64,000 nucleotides of DNA from Klebsormidium nitens (Eukaryota; Plantae; Klebsormidiophyceae). The first letter of the stretch is position 1, and each line of letters begins with the position of its first letter. The DNA lies in assembly GCA_000708835.1 (NCBI GenBank), contig DF237106.1, positions 105,021-169,020 of the forward strand, written 5' to 3'. This document shows, in pieces, positions 45,087-57,490 of this stretch. Made by a program: the position numbers and the translations under genes. The notes below the pieces were generated by a model. That model did not search any database and had not been told where the DNA came from. It saw nothing but the letters and a program-made list of their open reading frames with translations.

Positions 45087-46329
45087 GGCATTCTTCCTAA
45101 ATTGTCGGGGCGATGCTCGTTCCCAGGACTAGATGATTGAGTTAGCTTGTTAGGGTAAAACTGCGCAGCTAGTCGCGGCGGCCAAGAAGTGCAGTACATG
45201 AGTTATGCATTAGAAAACGAGTCGAGGTCTTAATAGCATTTGTCCGAAAAAATGGATTCCTGTCCTTGTGCACATATTGCTGATGTTCTCGAAACTGTAG
45301 CTCTTAGAAATACTTGTTAAGTCAAGGATCCAATGAACATAAAACACTAGTTTTAGCGTCCGAATAAAGGCGTTCGAAAAGATTCGTCCTTAACGCCTTG
45401 CATCGCCAATATATCAAGTGCTTCAACAGCTAGCATGTGTGAATCAGGTTTTTTTGACGTTCTGACGTGTCAAGACGGTTGCAATATGTTGCAAGCCCAA
45501 GCTAGATTGACCTCATGCAATTACACCAGGAACTGCAGGAATCTCCATGTTGCTGTCAATGCAATCTTGTCAACAGATTTCATGATGAGGAATTATTATT
45601 TAGGCTTGAGTAATTGCTTGAAGCTCGGCGGGCCTGCATGCAATCAATTTGGGTAACTCGGTGCTATAAAATATCGAGGAGAGATGGTGATCGAAGTCAG
45701 ACCAACAGTCATCAATACAACCTGTTCAACCGTGTGCTCACGCGCCTACAAGCAATTCGAGGACTGCGGGCCACCAATGGCCTAGTATGGCCCGACCCAA
45801 AATCACAGCCTTAAGACAAGGCCGAAAGCGGCTGCAAGCCGTCATCTCATCGACAATGAATTCTCAATCCGACTCACTGCCCCATTAAGCGAGCCCGTGT
45901 CGCCAGCACCAGTGCCCATGCTGGTCTGTATGAAAAGATGACCATGACATCACTACAGTAACATATGATAGGATAATGGCCTCAATGAATGCATCTGCCA
46001 ACCGATTGTTGGCGCGCGCACGTACGTTTCGGAGGAAATGTTTTACGGTTCGATCACCAATGCAGGTGTAGCAGATCATCTCTCACCGTCGATCTTGTAC
46101 GCAATCGGCGTCTGTTACCGTACCACTCGTGCCCTCAACCTAGTTAGGCTTGGGGCAATGAGCGAGAAGTTTGAAGAAAAAGCTCAGTTGTGACAGCAGG
46201 CAGATGGTTTCTTTGTTTGTGAGTAGGTACGGCGTCGGTAGTGAGCGCGGCAGGAGTGATTGCCCCTTCCACCCTTTCTCTCAGGGTGGAGCTCGGGCGC
46301 TCTGCGGGCGATCAGTATTTGCAGCTGAA

Positions 46330-49300
46330 ATGGCAAAGGTTCTTTTGGCGGTGGCCGCCACGGCAGCGGCGGGCATCGCCGCTTTCGTGTTGTCGCAGCA
46401 ATCGCCCGCCAAGAAAAGCAGCCAGGGCGACAAGGATGGCGAAGCGGAGAACGTTGCGTCGGCCTCATTCAAGGAGTGGGAGACTGGCCCTGCTTCTGCA
46501 AAGGACCCGTCAAATGGGGGAGCGGATGGAGACGTGCAGGTGACGGCAGAGAGCGCGAGTTCCAATGTGGGTTCGGACAGGATAGCGGCTGATGTCAGCA
46601 AGCCTGGGACGAAGCAGTTGGGGACAAGAGCTGTCTCTGGGAGCCAATCAGAGCAGGCATCGCAGGGTATGGCTTTGGCCTCCGCTAAGGGGGCTCCTCC
46701 GGTTGCGGAGCAAGACAGCAGGCCAGTGAAGAAGCTGGGAGGAGATACAAAAGCTGCGCCTATCGCTGCAGGTCCTGGGCTCAAGAGCGCTGTAAGCACC
46801 GCTGAGAATGGTTCGGCCAGTCCTCAGAAAGCAGCAGTCGAGCAGCCCGCAAAGAAACAAGGGGGAAACCCTGAGTCGCCGCAGGTTGGGAGCGCAGCAC
46901 AAGCTGTTGAAAACGGGAAGGCCTTGGGGTCTACAGAGTCAGCGGCTTTGGAAGGGAGCGGCAAAGGAGCCAAGAAGGAAAGTGCCGCACTTTCCGTGGA
47001 GGCGAAAGCGATCCCAGGGAGCAGTGGGCAGACGACTTCCCCTCTGGCTGCGAAAACTGTGGGAAATTCAGAGCAGGGGGCAAAGACGGGGCTCCCGGGC
47101 AGCCCCCCGATCTCGCGGAGGCAATATGAGGACATGACACTCACGCCCGACAACAGCCCCCCCACCAGAACCAAAAGCTCAGGGGCCGAAAACGGCGCCA
47201 AGTCTCTGGGCATGGCTGCGTTGGTCGAGAAGAAGGTTCCCGGCTTTGCAAGGACTCCGTCGATGGAGATCGCGGAAAAGGTGGCGGAAACTGCCCCTGT
47301 TGCGGCGGCCGCCGGGAAACCGGTTTCACCTCCCGCCCAGAACTCGGTTGCCAAACCTGAGGAGCCACGGAAGGTAGCGAGCACTCCATTCGAGAGAAAG
47401 CCCACTGCCCCAGCAGCGAGCCCAGTAGCCAGTAGAAACGCGACAGGTGTCGCAGGCAAAGTTGCGGCCGACATGCCGAAGAGCTCAGTGGCTGGTCCTA
47501 AGAACGAGCCTGCGGCTGCAGAGAAGACGCCAGCAACTGTGGCCCCCACGCCGGCTGTCAAATCTGCGGAGGTTTCAGCAAAGGCTGAGATAGCAAATGG
47601 GTCCGCTCCTGAGAAGAAACCCTCCGCTCCGGTTGCGGGCGCCCCTGCGGCGCCAGCTGGCAAATCTCTTGAGGCGCCAGGGGGCAAGACCCCGGAGACG
47701 GCAGCCAGCAAACCTCAGGAATCACCGAAGGCTGAACCTGCAAAGGCTCCAGCCGCCGTTGAGGCCCCCAAGAAACCCGCAGCCTCGGGTTCTCTCCAGA
47801 AGAACGATGCTCCCGCTAAAACCCCCCCCGCCAAGCCAGCAGACCTCGCCAAGTCCCCCCCAAAAGCTGCTCCCGTCGCGCCAGCTGTCATACCCCCGGC
47901 TGAAAAGCCCAGCTCTGCTGACATCGTCAAGTCTCCCCCAAAAGCTGCTCCCGTCGCGCCAGCTGTCACCCCCCCGACTGAAAAGGCCAGCCCTGCTGAT
48001 ATTGCCAAGTCTCCCCCAAAAGCTGCTCCCATTGTGCCAGCTGTCAGCGCGCCCCCCGCAGCGAAGCCCAGCTTTGCTGACCTTGCCAAGTCCCCCCCAA
48101 AAGCTGCTTCCGTCGCGCCAGCTGTCAGCGCGCCCCCGGCCGCAAAGCCGAGTTTTGCTGACCTCGCCAAGTCCCCCCCGAAAGCTGCTCCCGCTGCGCC
48201 AGCTGGCAGTGCCCCGCCGGCGGCAAAGCCCAGCTTTGCGGACCTCGCCAAGTCCCCCCCAAAAGCCGCTCCCAGTGCACCAAAGCCCAGCTTTGTGGCC
48301 CTCGCAAAGTCGCCCCCGAAGCAGCCCCAGACTGTCAGCAAATCTTCAATCCCCCCTCCACCGGCAACCGCCGAGCGCAAGACCTCTGTTACCTCCGGCA
48401 GCTATGCTGATATGGCAAAGCCCGCGTCGTCGAAGCCCCCTCCAGCCACGTCTTCCCCCAATGATAGCTCCCGGTTTGGGTTCGTTGCAAAGTTGCCCAA
48501 ACTAGCGACGTCACCGTCGCCTTCAAACAGTCGGAGCGGGTCGGTAGCTAGCTCGCCGACACCTGGCGACGCTCAGAGGGCGACAGCTGGAGACGCGCAG
48601 CGGACGCAGGTTGGGTTCGAGGTCGCACAGGCGAAGCCCTCGAAACCGCTGAGCCCCGCCGCTCCGGCGTTTGTGCCCGCGGCAAAGAAAGGGTTTGGTG
48701 AGGTGACCGAGGGGGTTAGCGGAAACCTAGAGGGGGCGAAGTTGGGAAGCGGAGATGGTGGAAAGAGTGCGATGGTCAAGGACGGGGAAGCGCTCCCAAG
48801 CAAAGATTCGGCAGGGGTCGCGGACACAGACACGTTGAAGGCCAAATCGACGGACCAGGTAAGAGCCCATTATCCAAGTTCTTTGTTTACCTCCAGTGTG
48901 ATTTTTGGTGTCTCCATAAAGTTGGCGAGGCTCTTACCGAGGCTCTTTCTTCTGTTGGCGCCTTGGTGACCTGCTATTCGCGTGTTTTCTCTGTGGTGGG
49001 GTTCTGGACGTAACCTCCGGTTACAGAGGTCAATTCCGCTTCTTGGTCGACAGAAGCACTGCAAGCTTTTCTCTAACATTCAGGCTCCGGGCAGTCATGA
49101 CGAGCTTCGTGCAGTTTGCCTCTCGCTGAATCTCGTCGCTTTCTGCTGCTCTATTCGTACGAAAGTGCTTTGAATGATGCTCTCGTTATCTGGTGCACGC
49201 AGGCCACTCTTGCCTCAAACGGCGAAGCCTCGTCTGTCACGAGAAGCTCCACGCCAGGCAAAGCTGCATTGAGTCTCCCAATCAGCATCCCAGGAAGGTA

Positions 49301-50726
49301 AGCGGAAGTTGCGAGAAAGGGTTCAGCAAGACCAGGTTGCGCTCTGCTTCGTGACTCATCCAGTCGGGAGCAGCGCTGCTTGGAGGAATAAAGCTGCGCT
49401 TCAGCCCTTTTGAGGACATGTATAGACTTCGCCAGTGCTTGAAAGAGTCTTTGAAAGCAATCTCCCGTAAGCGGGATGGAATCTCGCCACTTGGAGTCAC
49501 CGATTTCCACGTGCATAACAGTAGTTTCTGACCCCTCGCTGTCAAGGCTTAGGCACCGTAATTACAGGTGGCTTTTCATACGCCTTCATAGGGCCTGTTT
49601 GTTATCTTCGCGCGCGGTCTTCGACAACCTTGTGCAATTGATCGTAACGTGGCAACTTTCTCGTCGCTCTCGCATGGCTGCTGCTCGTGCTTTGCTTAGC
49701 ACGCTCTTCGTACGCTGGTTCTGACGCAGTTGTGCGGACGTGATTGCCTTTCCAACGATCTTTAATCGGGCAGGCGCCCAGCAAAGGGCGGAAAGACAAC
49801 TCGTTAGCTTCCTCCTTCTTCTGCTCCGCATTCTCCCGTTTTGCGGCTTAGCAAAGCTACTCTGAAGCTTGTCACTCTTTAGAGAAGTTTGGGTGGGTAG
49901 GGCTGTGGAGAGTGTCAGGTCTCGACGTTTGGGTTTGCGTCAGCCTGTCTTGACAAGAGTGTACGATTATTCTGTCTCCTTCGCAGTGTTGACGAGCCAG
50001 ACGCCGAAAACGGTTCAGTTGCATCCACTCCCGCCACGACTCCCGCGACTACCCCGGCCGCCTCTCCCAATCAGGTGCGCATTCACACATTTGTTTCATT
50101 GGCCGGCAGTGCTGTCTCACTTTTAAGTGCATACGCTCCTTTGGCTCGTCGCCTGAGCCCGTTCACACTTTTGGCGCATCTCGCGTTCAGCGCGTTCGCA
50201 CTCCAGCATGTTCGTGCTGTGGCATTCCTGAAACTCAACGCAGTTATGATGACGCTCTGGGGCAGTCACACTTTAGCGCATTCACACCTTCCTGCTTCAC
50301 AAGCTAAGACGACGAAAAGGTTCTCAAAATCCGAACATGAAGCAGTTGATATGTTCTGTCGTGAAGAATTGTGGCCGGAGGAAAGGCCGCTGACGTGTGT
50401 TGGACTCTAAAATGGTAATAAATAGCTCAACCTTAGAAGAAGTTAACGTGCCTGGGACGGGTGCGGTTAGTGATGGGGTTTTGGTCGAACACGGGTTGGA
50501 GCAGTTGAATCTGGGTTCAGGTTTTTAGTAGTAGTTCGTCCAATTATAACTTGAGCTTGTTATAACTAGTCTAGAGAAGTCTGCGACATGTCCGTCATTT
50601 AATGTGCAGAGGTCTTACGTGGAGGGCAAGGTTTGGAATGCAGACAAGACCGCCAAGAACAAGGCGAAACGGGACAAGAAGAAAGCGAAGAAGTCGGGGA
50701 GCAACGCGGCCAGCCCAAGGGACTAA
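46330..50726 (+). CDS. ~940-aa Ala/Pro/Lys-rich protein with N-terminal signal-anchor, 27-aa repeats and a PAM2 motif. Exons: 46330-48858, 49203-49297, 49987-50074, 50610-50726
   Basis: The protein starts MAKVLLAVAATAAAGIAAFVLSQQSPAKK. Intron phases 0,2,0 all match. LSPAAPAFVP lies at 48649-48678. It ends WNADKTAKNKAKRDKKKAKKSGSNAASPRD*. Confidence 0.8.
47833..48322 (+). repeat. Seven coding repeats of ~24-27 aa (KPSFADLAKSPPKAAPxAPAVSAPPAA type)
   Basis: Read directly in the 46171-48969 ORF. KSPPK is invariant in all seven copies. Confidence 0.92.
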
Positions 50727-52740
50727 GACGGGTTCGGGGCCCAAGTTTTGGTAGCCTAACTTTGAGGTTTGCTGACAGCTCGGAAGCCGTTACTTTGACT
50801 GCTCGGAGGGGAGTTTTGAATGACTGTTCGAAAACCTTTACTGGAGCTGCGAACCGGTTATGACGGTACACTGTGTGTTTGCCGGGAGTTAGAGGGTTAG
50901 CGTGTTGGTGCAGGTGTCGTTAAAGTGTTTGGGTGGCAAGGCGTGGATCGCCGACTTTTTCTAGCTTCTGAACGACCAATGTCTTTGGCTAACTTTTCGG
51001 ACATTCAAGGATCTGCGTTTTGTTGGAACAAAACGAAGCACGTTTAAATTGTCGACAAGAGTAGGGAACGCTTTGGTAGGTTGAGTTGAAGCTTCTTTAG
51101 CAAATCGCAGTGCGGAAGAAGAAAGTGGTATCGTGCCGGTTTCAAGTCTTTAGCTAGCCGTTAGTAGACCGGGGACACACGCGACCCGTAGATAGGTTAC
51201 TGTGCAAAATCTGGTTGTAAGGTGGAGTCGGCTAAAATGTGACGATTAGTGCGGCGGCTCAATCAATCAGAGATCTTCCGGTTCTACAATTATAGGCCTT
51301 TTGATCGTTAATCAGGCTCAGACTCGTGTTGTCACACCTCTACGCATGCTTTGGGGAATGTCACTACGGCCCCGGCTCAAGTCTGATCTTCCGCGCGAGC
51401 ATACTTGGCTTTATACTCGGGATTGGCGGCGTCTTTTCTGCAGCACTCATAAAATACTGTTTTTCGTATTAGTATCACGTTGAACACGGGCCACTGCAAC
51501 CGGACGTGTCGGATGGACGGTCGTCATACTTGTATAGTTATGGACCATGCAGCCGGAATATTATTATTAAGAGAGAAACAATTATTGCATATGCCCGATT
51601 GGGTGCGTGCGAGCCACGGTTGGAACGGTACGACGTTTGTCGCAATTTTGTTAAAATTCAAGGTTATGCCGCAGTGCATGGGTGCTATGCCAGCGTGCCA
51701 GAGAACGTAGGCCTGCATGACAGCTGTAGACGTCGTGACAAAAACAGAAGTACTTAACGTCTTTGTGAAACATGCCAATATCACGATGTGTATATTATAA
51801 TATTCGAGAACTCATGGGCAGGCCGCAAATTGTACGTTGGACGGTCTCAGATTGCCTGCGCCCCGGCGGGTTTTATTTGCGCAACCGCGCAAGCAGATTA
51901 CGCACACGTCTGGTCCGAATCCAGTAAGGTTGATTCAATTCTGTATTGTAAGCTAAGTTAAAGTATTGGTCGACGGATGGGGTTGATAAAAGAGCCCGGG
52001 TACGGATGTGGAGAAAGTAATTGTTGTGCATGACTCGAGGCGTATATAGTAACCCAACGAGCGCACGACGTGACATTTCGTGAATATATTGCGTTTACAT
52101 TTTATCAGGTTGAATTGAAATCGTTCTGCACCTATCAAAAACAAATTTGTAGCTGTTAATCTTTCTTGCATGCTTACTTGACAACCATCCCCTCGATGTG
52201 CATATTCAACATGTTCTTTTTTGAAAGATCAACATTCAAATGAAGGCGTGCGAGCCGGCCACAGGTTTGCAATGGCGCAACTCGGTGATTGATCAGCATT
52301 TTGAGGAGGGTAGCATTTACGAAGCGGGATCAAACTCGCTTGATGGACAAAACATGTACAAATACATCGTTTAGGTACAGCTGAATGGTCCAAGCAGTAT
52401 AAAACTTTTATACTCTGTGATGCAAGGTACACCTATATTGCGGGCAGATGCACGCGCCACAACACACCGTCTATGTTACACTCTTCGTTTCGAAGAATTC
52501 CCCTCAACCAAACATAGTCACGACGTAACCACGAACACAAAACCATCTTGTTCTCACCACTTTCTACATAGTTCAAATCCACGCTCATCCTACGCGCTCG
52601 CTCGTTCCGGCTTTGTACACGCTCGCTAATGCCGGCGCGCCTCTGTACACAAAACTGGCAAGCTAGATACAAACACAATCACTCTGCAAGGTTCTTTGTC
52701 TCAACACAAGCTCGAGCATATGATTCGTCACGAGAAGTTC

Positions 52741-54611
52741 CTACGGGGCGACGTTCTGGGCGGTTTTCTCGACCAAGACCTCAAGAAGTGCCACTTGCGG
52801 CACAGCTCCTTGCAGCGCAAGCTTCAGGCCGAGGAGGATGTAGACGACGCCGTCAGGGTTGACGCAGGCAGGCAGGCTGACCAAATCTGAAGCTCTGATT
52901 TTGGCGACGAGCTCCGCGCAGTGGGCCTGCAGAGACACGTGGCAGTATGCGTGGGTGAGAATGCGCAGGCTTCGATCATAAATACGCAGATTTTATCGCA
53001 TTATCTTCGAGCGTATTTGGTGCTAACCTAAAGCGTGAACCTGACGTAGACGATTCTTCTTTGATTTCGGGGGACAACAATGCAGGCGTGGCGGGCAAAG
53101 AAGACGATTGGAAGAGTCTGTGGGTTTGAGTTTGCAGTTGGAATGACCCCAACTGATTTGTGGGACGTTCAGGGCTTCCTCGTCTCCCTTTTCCAATCAG
53201 GATGCCGAAGAAATTGGGTGCAGTTACCGACTTCATGTGACATCATTGCCTACGTCAACTGATTTGATTTGAGATTTGCAGCTAATTTCAAAGCAGATTT
53301 CAAGGGACCTCCTACATATTCTGGTTGCTTTCGGTTTTCAATTGCTCGGTAGTTCTCCGAATTTCCGTGCGGAATCAACGAGAAAACGGAAGAACGCAAC
53401 GACGGAGGGATCTGCAAGTAAAAACAAACCGGCCCGACTCCGCCCACAATAGCAGCACTATTTCGACGCTTTTTCTACGCTCGTTTAAAAACAACTGAGG
53501 AAGGAAAAACACTCTCTGAACATGCGCGTAATGACGGCGCGTGCCGCTCAGGGTGACGTAAAAAGAGAGGCCCTCAGCAGTGAGGAACGCCTGCTTGTAC
53601 AGGTTCGTGTTCTGCCCGTCAGTGTTGAAACCGAAACCGTTCAACGTTCCATAAAGACCAGCGCCCTGGATACCAGGAACCGCGCACAGAAGGGCAAACT
53701 GGGCCCCGGTTAGTGCCAAGGGGTTCGCGCATGACGTCACGGAGCAGTCGACGAGTTTCGGGGTGCATGTGAGTTGGAGCATGCGACGAGAGAGGATGAC
53801 CGGGCTAGCACCTGTGAAAGCAGGAAAAGAGAATGGATTAGAGGTCGCATAAGCGGGAAGGATAGCGGACAGAAGCAAAGTTCTGAAGAGTGCTTGAATA
53901 GTCTATATCTAGAGAGTGCCTGCATGCCTTCGTCTAGTACAGGAAGACTCCAGAAGCCTCCAGGAATCTCCCTGGTAGAGTCATCCCAAATGCATTTTTG
54001 AGCTGATGTGACCAATGAGAGATTGTTTTCTAACTGAGACGCCATCGAAGAATGCGAAGTAGATTCAACGTGAAGCGTAATAGTTGCACGACCGAGCAGA
54101 CAAATGAGAAGGCAGCAGGAGGCCCGCGACAACGCTTCATAACTCAAATTGAATGAAAGGTTTCTCAACGTAAGGCTGCAAAACAACTCGTTTCTTCAAC
54201 CTCCAGCAGGAACGGAGATAAAGAGAAGACGCAGGGACTCCTAATTGAAGCTTTGATTAAGTAAACCGCGCTACCGGGTACATTTGGAACCAGAATGTCA
54301 GGTTTTGAGTAGATAAAATTCTCAATGCATTCATCAGAATCAAATGCAGAATGCTTCAGATAGTCACGAACCCTTTCGTCTCGCACTGGATCCCAAAACA
54401 TTTGAAGAAGTGCCAGCCAACTTGTAAGCGGCAAATAGCCAAGTCCTCTCAGAGAAAGCCGCTCGAGACTGTAATGGAACAAAGACTTCGATCTGTCACA
54501 TCAAGAAGAAGAAGGTGGAAACTTACTTGCGACACCGCTTTCGCCACAGAAGAGGAGAATCAGCACCGCTGTCCAGATTGTTGCATGAGAGCTACCCTGC
54601 AGTGATGCCAT
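52741..54611 (-). CDS. Small secreted Cys-containing protein of unknown function. Exons 54611-54527 and 53811-~53525; 3' exon tentative (52926-52741)
   Basis: Exon 1 is MASLQGSSHATIWTAVLILLFCGESGVA (signal peptide) ending at a GTAAGT donor (phase 1). It joins in phase at TTTCACAG| to ASPVILSRRMLQLTCTPKLVDCSVTSCANPL. The downstream junction is ambiguous. Confidence 0.55.
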
Positions 54612-56948
54612 CGTGAGAGGCGCTTCGAATAATACGCGAAGGATAAGCCGAGAGGGTGAGCGCTTCTCGGAAGAGGCAGACGTTGGTTGCGAAGGGGCTT
54701 TGGGAGCGCGAAGAGGGGACACAAAACTTGGTTGTTGTCGTATACTTCGAGTTGCTGGAATCAGATGGGTTTTATACCCGCCTCTTGAAGTCACGGCGAG
54801 GCGGCCAGATACGCTGATACTGAAACTATGTACTACCTACTACTACGTACGAGTTGTGTTTTACAGTAGGACTGTTGCGTAATTTCTGACGTCACGTCTC
54901 TTGTTTGCCAAATGGCAGTAGCTCGGTAAGCTAGAAAAGATATCTTTGAGAAAGGAGGTGCTGGCGGCTGACGTCGAGGGACAAGTGGCATCCGCATGCG
55001 TCAGAGCTAGCACGTAGACATGCCACGGAGGACAGCGACAAAAGCCGTCTTATCCCGCTATTTCCGCTCCAAATCAGAGTCCCGTGAAAGACTCGACAAG
55101 ACAAATCCGAGTCAGCTCAATCAGTGCTTTCAGTGACTTTCGAGTTTGACTGTGACTAGTGACAGTTGACAACATCAACAGCACGCGCAAGCACCGTTCG
55201 TGGCCCCTCCTCGATTGCTCCGACGGCTCTCCAAGGGTCCACTTGGCACGATAATTCAGTTTGAAATCTCCAGTACGGAATATTCTGACGTCAGTAGTCA
55301 TGTCAAAAGCGAATTTTCCACTACGTACTGAGCTCATTCTGTTGCTCTGCGCTTTGCAAACAATCTCGCTTTTGCCACTTGCTCGATGCAGGGCCATTCT
55401 CCTCTGGTACACAAGGCAGCTGCAAAGGCCACAATATTGAAACCTCTTCGCAAGCACTTATGATGCAATTGCAGCCACCATCTAGGCGCTGGAATCAGAA
55501 TCTTTGGCGAAAGACATGAACGGCCGAGCTACGTCGACAATCACCTCTTCAACGGGACGGTCCGTTCCGCTTTTCCGGGCTTCACCTTTCCGTTTCTGCA
55601 AACGTATCAGCCGCGAGACACGTTCGGCCGGCTTATGATTGAGACGAATATATCGCCAGTACCCTTGGATGGTGAGTTTTGTTTGGGAACAGGGAAAATA
55701 CGAATTTCACAGGCTTGATTCGTCTTGTCGGGCATAATGGCACCTGACTGTCAGGGCGTCGACGGCAGGCAACATTTTCTCTCGAGGCGCCAGAGTTTTA
55801 CTGCTCACCGACGTCCTAACGGAGCGGCGGAATATTTGGTAGCTATAGAGAAGCCAAGTTGGTTTTGACATAAATCGTGTACTAAATGAAACAGTACGCT
55901 CGACGCTGCAATGCTTTTGAATCCAGTTTGTGAAAAGCTATTGTTCAAGGCTATGAATCGAAGCAAGCTCATCAGGAGGGTCGGCGATCAGGATCAGAGA
56001 AGAGCTCATTCCAGATACGAGTCCCGCTCTCGGTTGAGTTCCGCCGCGACCGACACGCTCACCTTTTCGGCTTTCAGAAGTTCTTACTCTCTGTCCCTAA
56101 AGAATCGAGCCGACTTTTAAACTGAGTGCCTGACTCGGGTAGATGCCGTCAGGAGTCTGTCAATCCAAGTTCTTGCACAAAAGTGTCGTAGTAAGAACCG
56201 TTTCGAGAAGCTCCTACTACTCTGGCGCCCAGCCATGCACTTGCCGCCCCCAAAGTTGCCATCTGGAGGTGCATTTGAAACGTCCATTCAAACTAGTGAC
56301 GTCAATGCTGAATCACTAACTACCTACCGTATTTGGGTGCGAGTAAATATCCAAGCCGGTAGGGGCTCATGCGCCAATTACGATTCACAATGTAGGTAGG
56401 GAGGCGCGCCCCGCGCGCGGCTGGCATACGTACTCCTCCGTCGTACGCACGTACGTCACGTGCCTCACTGACGAAGTTCGGGACTACCCGGTATGAAGCA
56501 GCAGACGGTTGCTGGCAGTCAGCTTTAAGTATCGATCGATCAGTGAGCTTGATGAGCTACCTAGATATCGACCGTTCGCAAACTTGAAATAGTTCTCCAC
56601 AAGTGATTCGACCTCGATTTGTTGGCACGAGATTTCCCTCGGCTTACCGTCTTGGTCTTGGACTTATCATCACGAAGAATGATGAACGGGGGATGAACGT
56701 GAACGGTGAATATTGGGACTCGAGAGCAAGGAAGATGAGGTGATAAATCAGAGGGGAAACGTACGTTAGCAGTCTCAAGGCTCGCAACCCAACTTTCTTT
56801 GACTGTGTGAGAAGGGATGTGAAAAGACGGTCAAATCCAGTTACTTTTTCAGAGAGAGAAGGATGCCCTATATTGTCCTGTAAATGACCGTGGCTGCTCA
56901 TGAGCCGCGAGGAGGGACAGATCCCGATGTCCAAAACACGGTGAGGGT

Positions 56949-57316
56949 TCACACCATACGGATCTCGTCAATCGTTTTAATTGCAGCTCCTTCCGAGTTT
57001 ATCCATCGCGTGAACTTTCGACAAGCTCTTGTGGTAGTGGCATGCAGTTGTCCTCTTTGAAGGTGTTCGAAGGTTCTGCAGAGTCAATTGAATAGATGAA
57101 AGCGTTTACCCGCCCCAACTTGTTCGAAGTGATTAATTGCACTCTTGCACATTTGCTCTGCGTAGGTCATGGCCGATCGAACCCGGATCGAACCAGTCAC
57201 CGCCTAGCGCACGCATTGTTGAAGCTTTGTAAGAGGACTTCCTGTATATTGGCAGCTTCAGCTTCCTTTCTCCATATATTGGCAGCTTCGTTTCTCCAGT
57301 ATCTCCGCCGAGCCAT
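56949..57316 (-). CDS. Possible 80-aa two-exon ORF (57316-57201, 57075-56949)
   Basis: ATG, a GTGACT donor and a TTGACTCTGCAG acceptor keep the frame: MARRRYWRNEAANIWRKEAEAANIQEVLLQSFNNACARR|TFEHLQRGQ...IRMV*. No homology recognised. It starts only 175 nt after the TTC39-like stop. Confidence 0.28.
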
Positions 57317-57490
57317 GCAACAAGTTCCAGTGACTCGTTCCACTTTGACGCGCGCTTGCTGTCCTCTAAGTGCTCTTCGACTAGTGACAACATAGTTATA
57401 ATCTACGTTTTTGGTCACACAGTCTACTAGTTCCTTCTTGCAGTCAGAAGAACCTAATACAATGTCCTGACAACTGGCTGAGAAAGACAG

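Noticed and set aside
49151-49831. Minus-strand ORFs inside introns of the PAM2 gene
   Set aside because: No recognisable domain, and they partly overlap a + strand exon (49203-49297) that already explains the coding-like composition.
54800-56900. Short ORFs in the gene-poor stretch (also 9260-10780 and 50730-52700)
   Set aside because: No motifs, consistent splice chains or transposase/RT signatures, so they are treated as intergenic.
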